This document shows positions 34,517-37,085 of a stretch of 37,085 bases of DNA, one piece after another (the first letter of the stretch is position 1; each line of letters begins with the position of its first letter). The position numbers and the translations under genes are program-made. The stretch comes from a virus (Duplodnaviria > Caudoviricetes): positions 1 through 37,085 of IMG/VR virus record IMGVR_UViG_3300020201_000056. The stretch is one strand, 5' to 3'. The notes under the pieces are model-generated. The model worked only from the letters and a program-made list of their open reading frames with translations, was not told the origin of the DNA and searched no databases.

Positions 34517-36544
34517 ATGGCATTACGACTTCAACAAAACCAAAATTGGATACAAAAAAACGATTCAGACAAAACTGGGGTTTTATACTACACCAAAAAT
34601 ATAAATTTTGATAAGACTGGGTACTTAAAGTTGTCACCAAGAACGATAAATGTATTTGACGATTCAGGAAACGTGTCGGACACTTCAAACACCAGCTTTG
34701 GTATTGCTGCGGCATTTGGAAGAACGAGTTACGGGGAATTTAAAAACGTCACAACAAGTGCCATGTTTAATATTACGTTGAGTCCAAATTTTAAAACAAT
34801 AAGACTAGATGCAGAGGATGATAGTCCAAATACAACAGCAGATTCTCACGGTAGATGGTGGCAAAAAAGATACCATGTATCCAGCTCTAGTTCAGTAAGT
34901 TATCTTACTGGATCAACTTGGACGGCGGGTGCAATTACTGGTCTCACGAGTGGTGTTAGGCATTATATGGAAGTATTTAAAAATAGAAATGAGTTTTGTG
35001 TGTCTAACGGAAATGTAGTAAAGCAGTACAGCACTTCTTATGTAAATACAACCAACCTCACACTTCCTAGTGATTTTGAAGTGACTGGGATGGTTTATAA
35101 CAACTACCAGATGGGGATTATTACCCGACTGGGGGATGATTCTACTGGTCAAAACAACGATTCTTACTTCTTTACTTGGAACGGGTCGCAATCAACAGCA
35201 CAAGTTGGAGTTTCATTAGGTTCATACTCTGGTGTGTGTTTGGTTGCTTATAAATCATCTTTTGTGGTTTTGACAAGTGACGGGCAAATACTTTATTGGA
35301 ATGGCGGGGGGTTTGATGAGATAGCAAGGTTCCCTTTTTATTTGACCGAAAAAAGGTGGGGAGATTTGACTAATCATTTGTCTTTTGGAGACAATCTTGT
35401 TGTTGAAGGAGACATAATTTATATAAATATTGGTTTTGATTTTGACGCGACAGGGAAAAAGGGAGAGGAGATAATGCAGAGTTGCCCATCTGGTGTTTGG
35501 TGTTACGACCCACCGGTAGGTTTGTACCATCGATACTCTCCTTCAAATTCAAAGGTTTATGTTCATGCTATAGAATCTTCTAATATTAATATAGCAACAG
35601 ACACTTTTACAACTATGCCCTTTACAACAGGGATAGTCCCCGCAACTGGGAATCCTGTGATTACCACAGACGGAACATCTGGGGGGTTGAATGTTGGTTA
35701 TAAATATTTTATTATCAAATTATCTTCAACAACATTTAAAATAGCTCTCACTAAAGAAGATGCAGAGGCGGGCGTTGCAATAGACATAACTTCTGCTTCG
35801 GGTACGCAGACTTTTTGGATGTATGACATCATAGATTATGGAATCACAAAACAAGACAGAGCGGGAGCGGTGGCTTTATTTGGTACATCAACAAGCATTT
35901 ATCAAGATATCATCTTTGGTTCTAGAATAAGAGACACAGCACTTACTTCGCAGGATACTATGTGTATGGCCGTTCCATTACTAGAATCCCGTGGGTATTT
36001 CGTATCACAAAAAATATATTTAGATTCAGTAGAAGATATAACACAAAAACTTTTTATTAAACACGCAGTTCTTGACACCGATGATCAAATAATCTTGAAA
36101 GTAAAAACAAGAGATTATGTAGGTATCCCCGTATCATCTGGCACAATAATATGGACAGACGAAGTAACAGCTTCAATAAGTAGCGATTTATCGGAGGCAT
36201 TTTCAGCTTTCGGGAATGGTGAGGAATTAGAACTTGAACTTGTTGCTGGTGTTGGATCGGGACAGTTAGTAAAAATATTGGATATGCGATATTCCAATGG
36301 AACATACGTAATTACTACTGAAGATAACGTCATCGGTGCAACAGTCCTTACTAAGAGTTCATTTATTATAGATAACTGGAAAGTGGCGGGGGCAGTAACA
36401 AGTTCAAGTCAAAGTAGGGGTATATTTGAAGTACCTATCGGGACATCGAGCAGGTGGATACAATTCAAAGTTGAACTTCGTGGGTTCAACACGACCATTG
36501 AGGATTTTCTTATAGTAAGTAGTCCACACAAACCATTAACATAA
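34517..36544 (+). CDS. Tail nozzle (tail tubular protein B / P22 gp10-like)
   Basis: 675 aa, beta-propeller-like, C-terminal WIQFKVELRG; precedes the ejection genes. Confidence 0.7.
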   Translation: MALRLQQNQNWIQKNDSDKTGVLYYTKNINFDKTGYLKLSPRTINVFDDSGNVSDTSNTSFGIAAAFGRTSYGEFKNVTTSAMFNITLSPNFKTIRLDAEDDSPNTTADSHGRWWQKRYHVSSSSSVSYLTGSTWTAGAITGLTSGVRHYMEVFKNRNEFCVSNGNVVKQYSTSYVNTTNLTLPSDFEVTGMVYNNYQMGIITRLGDDSTGQNNDSYFFTWNGSQSTAQVGVSLGSYSGVCLVAYKSSFVVLTSDGQILYWNGGGFDEIARFPFYLTEKRWGDLTNHLSFGDNLVVEGDIIYINIGFDFDATGKKGEEIMQSCPSGVWCYDPPVGLYHRYSPSNSKVYVHAIESSNINIATDTFTTMPFTTGIVPATGNPVITTDGTSGGLNVGYKYFIIKLSSTTFKIALTKEDAEAGVAIDITSASGTQTFWMYDIIDYGITKQDRAGAVALFGTSTSIYQDIIFGSRIRDTALTSQDTMCMAVPLLESRGYFVSQKIYLDSVEDITQKLFIKHAVLDTDDQIILKVKTRDYVGIPVSSGTIIWTDEVTASISSDLSEAFSAFGNGEELELELVAGVGSGQLVKILDMRYSNGTYVITTEDNVIGATVLTKSSFIIDNWKVAGAVTSSSQSRGIFEVPIGTSSRWIQFKVELRGFNTTIEDFLIVSSPHKPLT

Positions 36545-36548
36545 TATT

Positions 36549-37085
36549 ATGACACCAATAGAACAACTAACTCAACAAGCGAATCAAGCGCAAAAACAGC
36601 TTGATATGATATTCAAACAAAAAGGTTTGATGTATGACCCCACCACTAAAACTGCTATACAACTTCCAAAAGTAAATACTTCCATTAACGCTGGTCAGAT
36701 AGGGAATATAAAGGCAATTCCGCCAATTCAACAACAAAACAATGTCGGGATGAGTGCTTTGCAGTCAAATCTCATAGACTTTCAGTCTTCTGCACAGACA
36801 CAAGTACAACCAGCGCCACTTACAAATCAACAGATCGTACAGCAACAGATTATGGGTTTGATAGAAAAACAAGGTACACAGGGGGCAAGGGCTAACGAGA
36901 TCAATCAGCAAGAGGATGTAGAAAAAAAGGGACAACTTGCTAGAGATTTAACTACTAAGTACGAAAAAAAGACAAAGGAGTATGAAAAACTTATCAAGGA
37001 AAGACTAAAAAACAAAGAAGGTACTTTTGGGGATGCAACAAACGAGGCTGTGCGTGTGTTGGAAACAGAAAGAGACAGTCGTCTT
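36549..37085 (+). CDS. 5' part of putative DNA ejection (internal virion) protein spanning the circular junction, about 494 aa in total
   Basis: ATG at 36549; the Gln-rich frame continues across the repeat into the 96..1079 frame; follows the nozzle gene as in podoviruses. Confidence 0.7.
   Translation, partial: MTPIEQLTQQANQAQKQLDMIFKQKGLMYDPTTKTAIQLPKVNTSINAGQIGNIKAIPPIQQQNNVGMSALQSNLIDFQSSAQTQVQPAPLTNQQIVQQQIMGLIEKQGTQGARANEINQQEDVEKKGQLARDLTTKYEKKTKEYEKLIKERLKNKEGTFGDATNEAVRVLETERDSRL
36955..37085. repeat. Terminal direct repeat / circular assembly overlap (copy 2)
   Basis: Matches 1-131; the ORF from 36549 reads in frame through it into 96..1079. Confidence 0.97.

Noticed and set aside
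1-37085. Alternative genetic code (TGA or TAG recoding)
   Set aside because: Genes are intact and densely packed in the standard code, and many end in TGA with ATGA overlaps or in TAG.

Overview
The window is an apparently complete, circularly assembled dsDNA tailed-phage genome of about 36,954 bp: bases 1-131 repeat at 36955-37085 with one synonymous mismatch. Almost all genes are on the + strand. The layout is podovirus/P22-like: terminase small and large subunits, portal, scaffold, major capsid, adaptor, nozzle, ejection proteins, tail fibre, then lysis genes. An early/accessory region at 7.8-17.7 kb holds a DNA methyltransferase, two YopX genes, an SSB-like gene, a NinB-like gene, a Holliday junction resolvase and an HTH regulator. 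I could not recognise any integrase, repressor, polymerase, helicase, primase or initiator. Sigma70-type promoters with almost no Shine-Dalgarno sites suggest a Patescibacteria (CPR)-like host; this is inference. Main points of interest: (1) an HNH endonuclease with its own perfect promoter, overprinted in another frame inside a 681-nt in-frame insertion of the methyltransferase, with no intron or intein signature; (2) an 8-kb glycan-synthesis locus next to the capsid gene; (3) a fixed-spacing late-promoter motif AATCCGACCA-N10-TGn-TAnnAT; (4) DnaA boxes in front of five promoters; (5) small early genes built from conserved DNA boxes with interchangeable cargo; (6) a promoter-driven structured non-coding region of about 390 nt where a replication gene would be expected. 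All protein calls come from motif recognition and gene order, not database searches.
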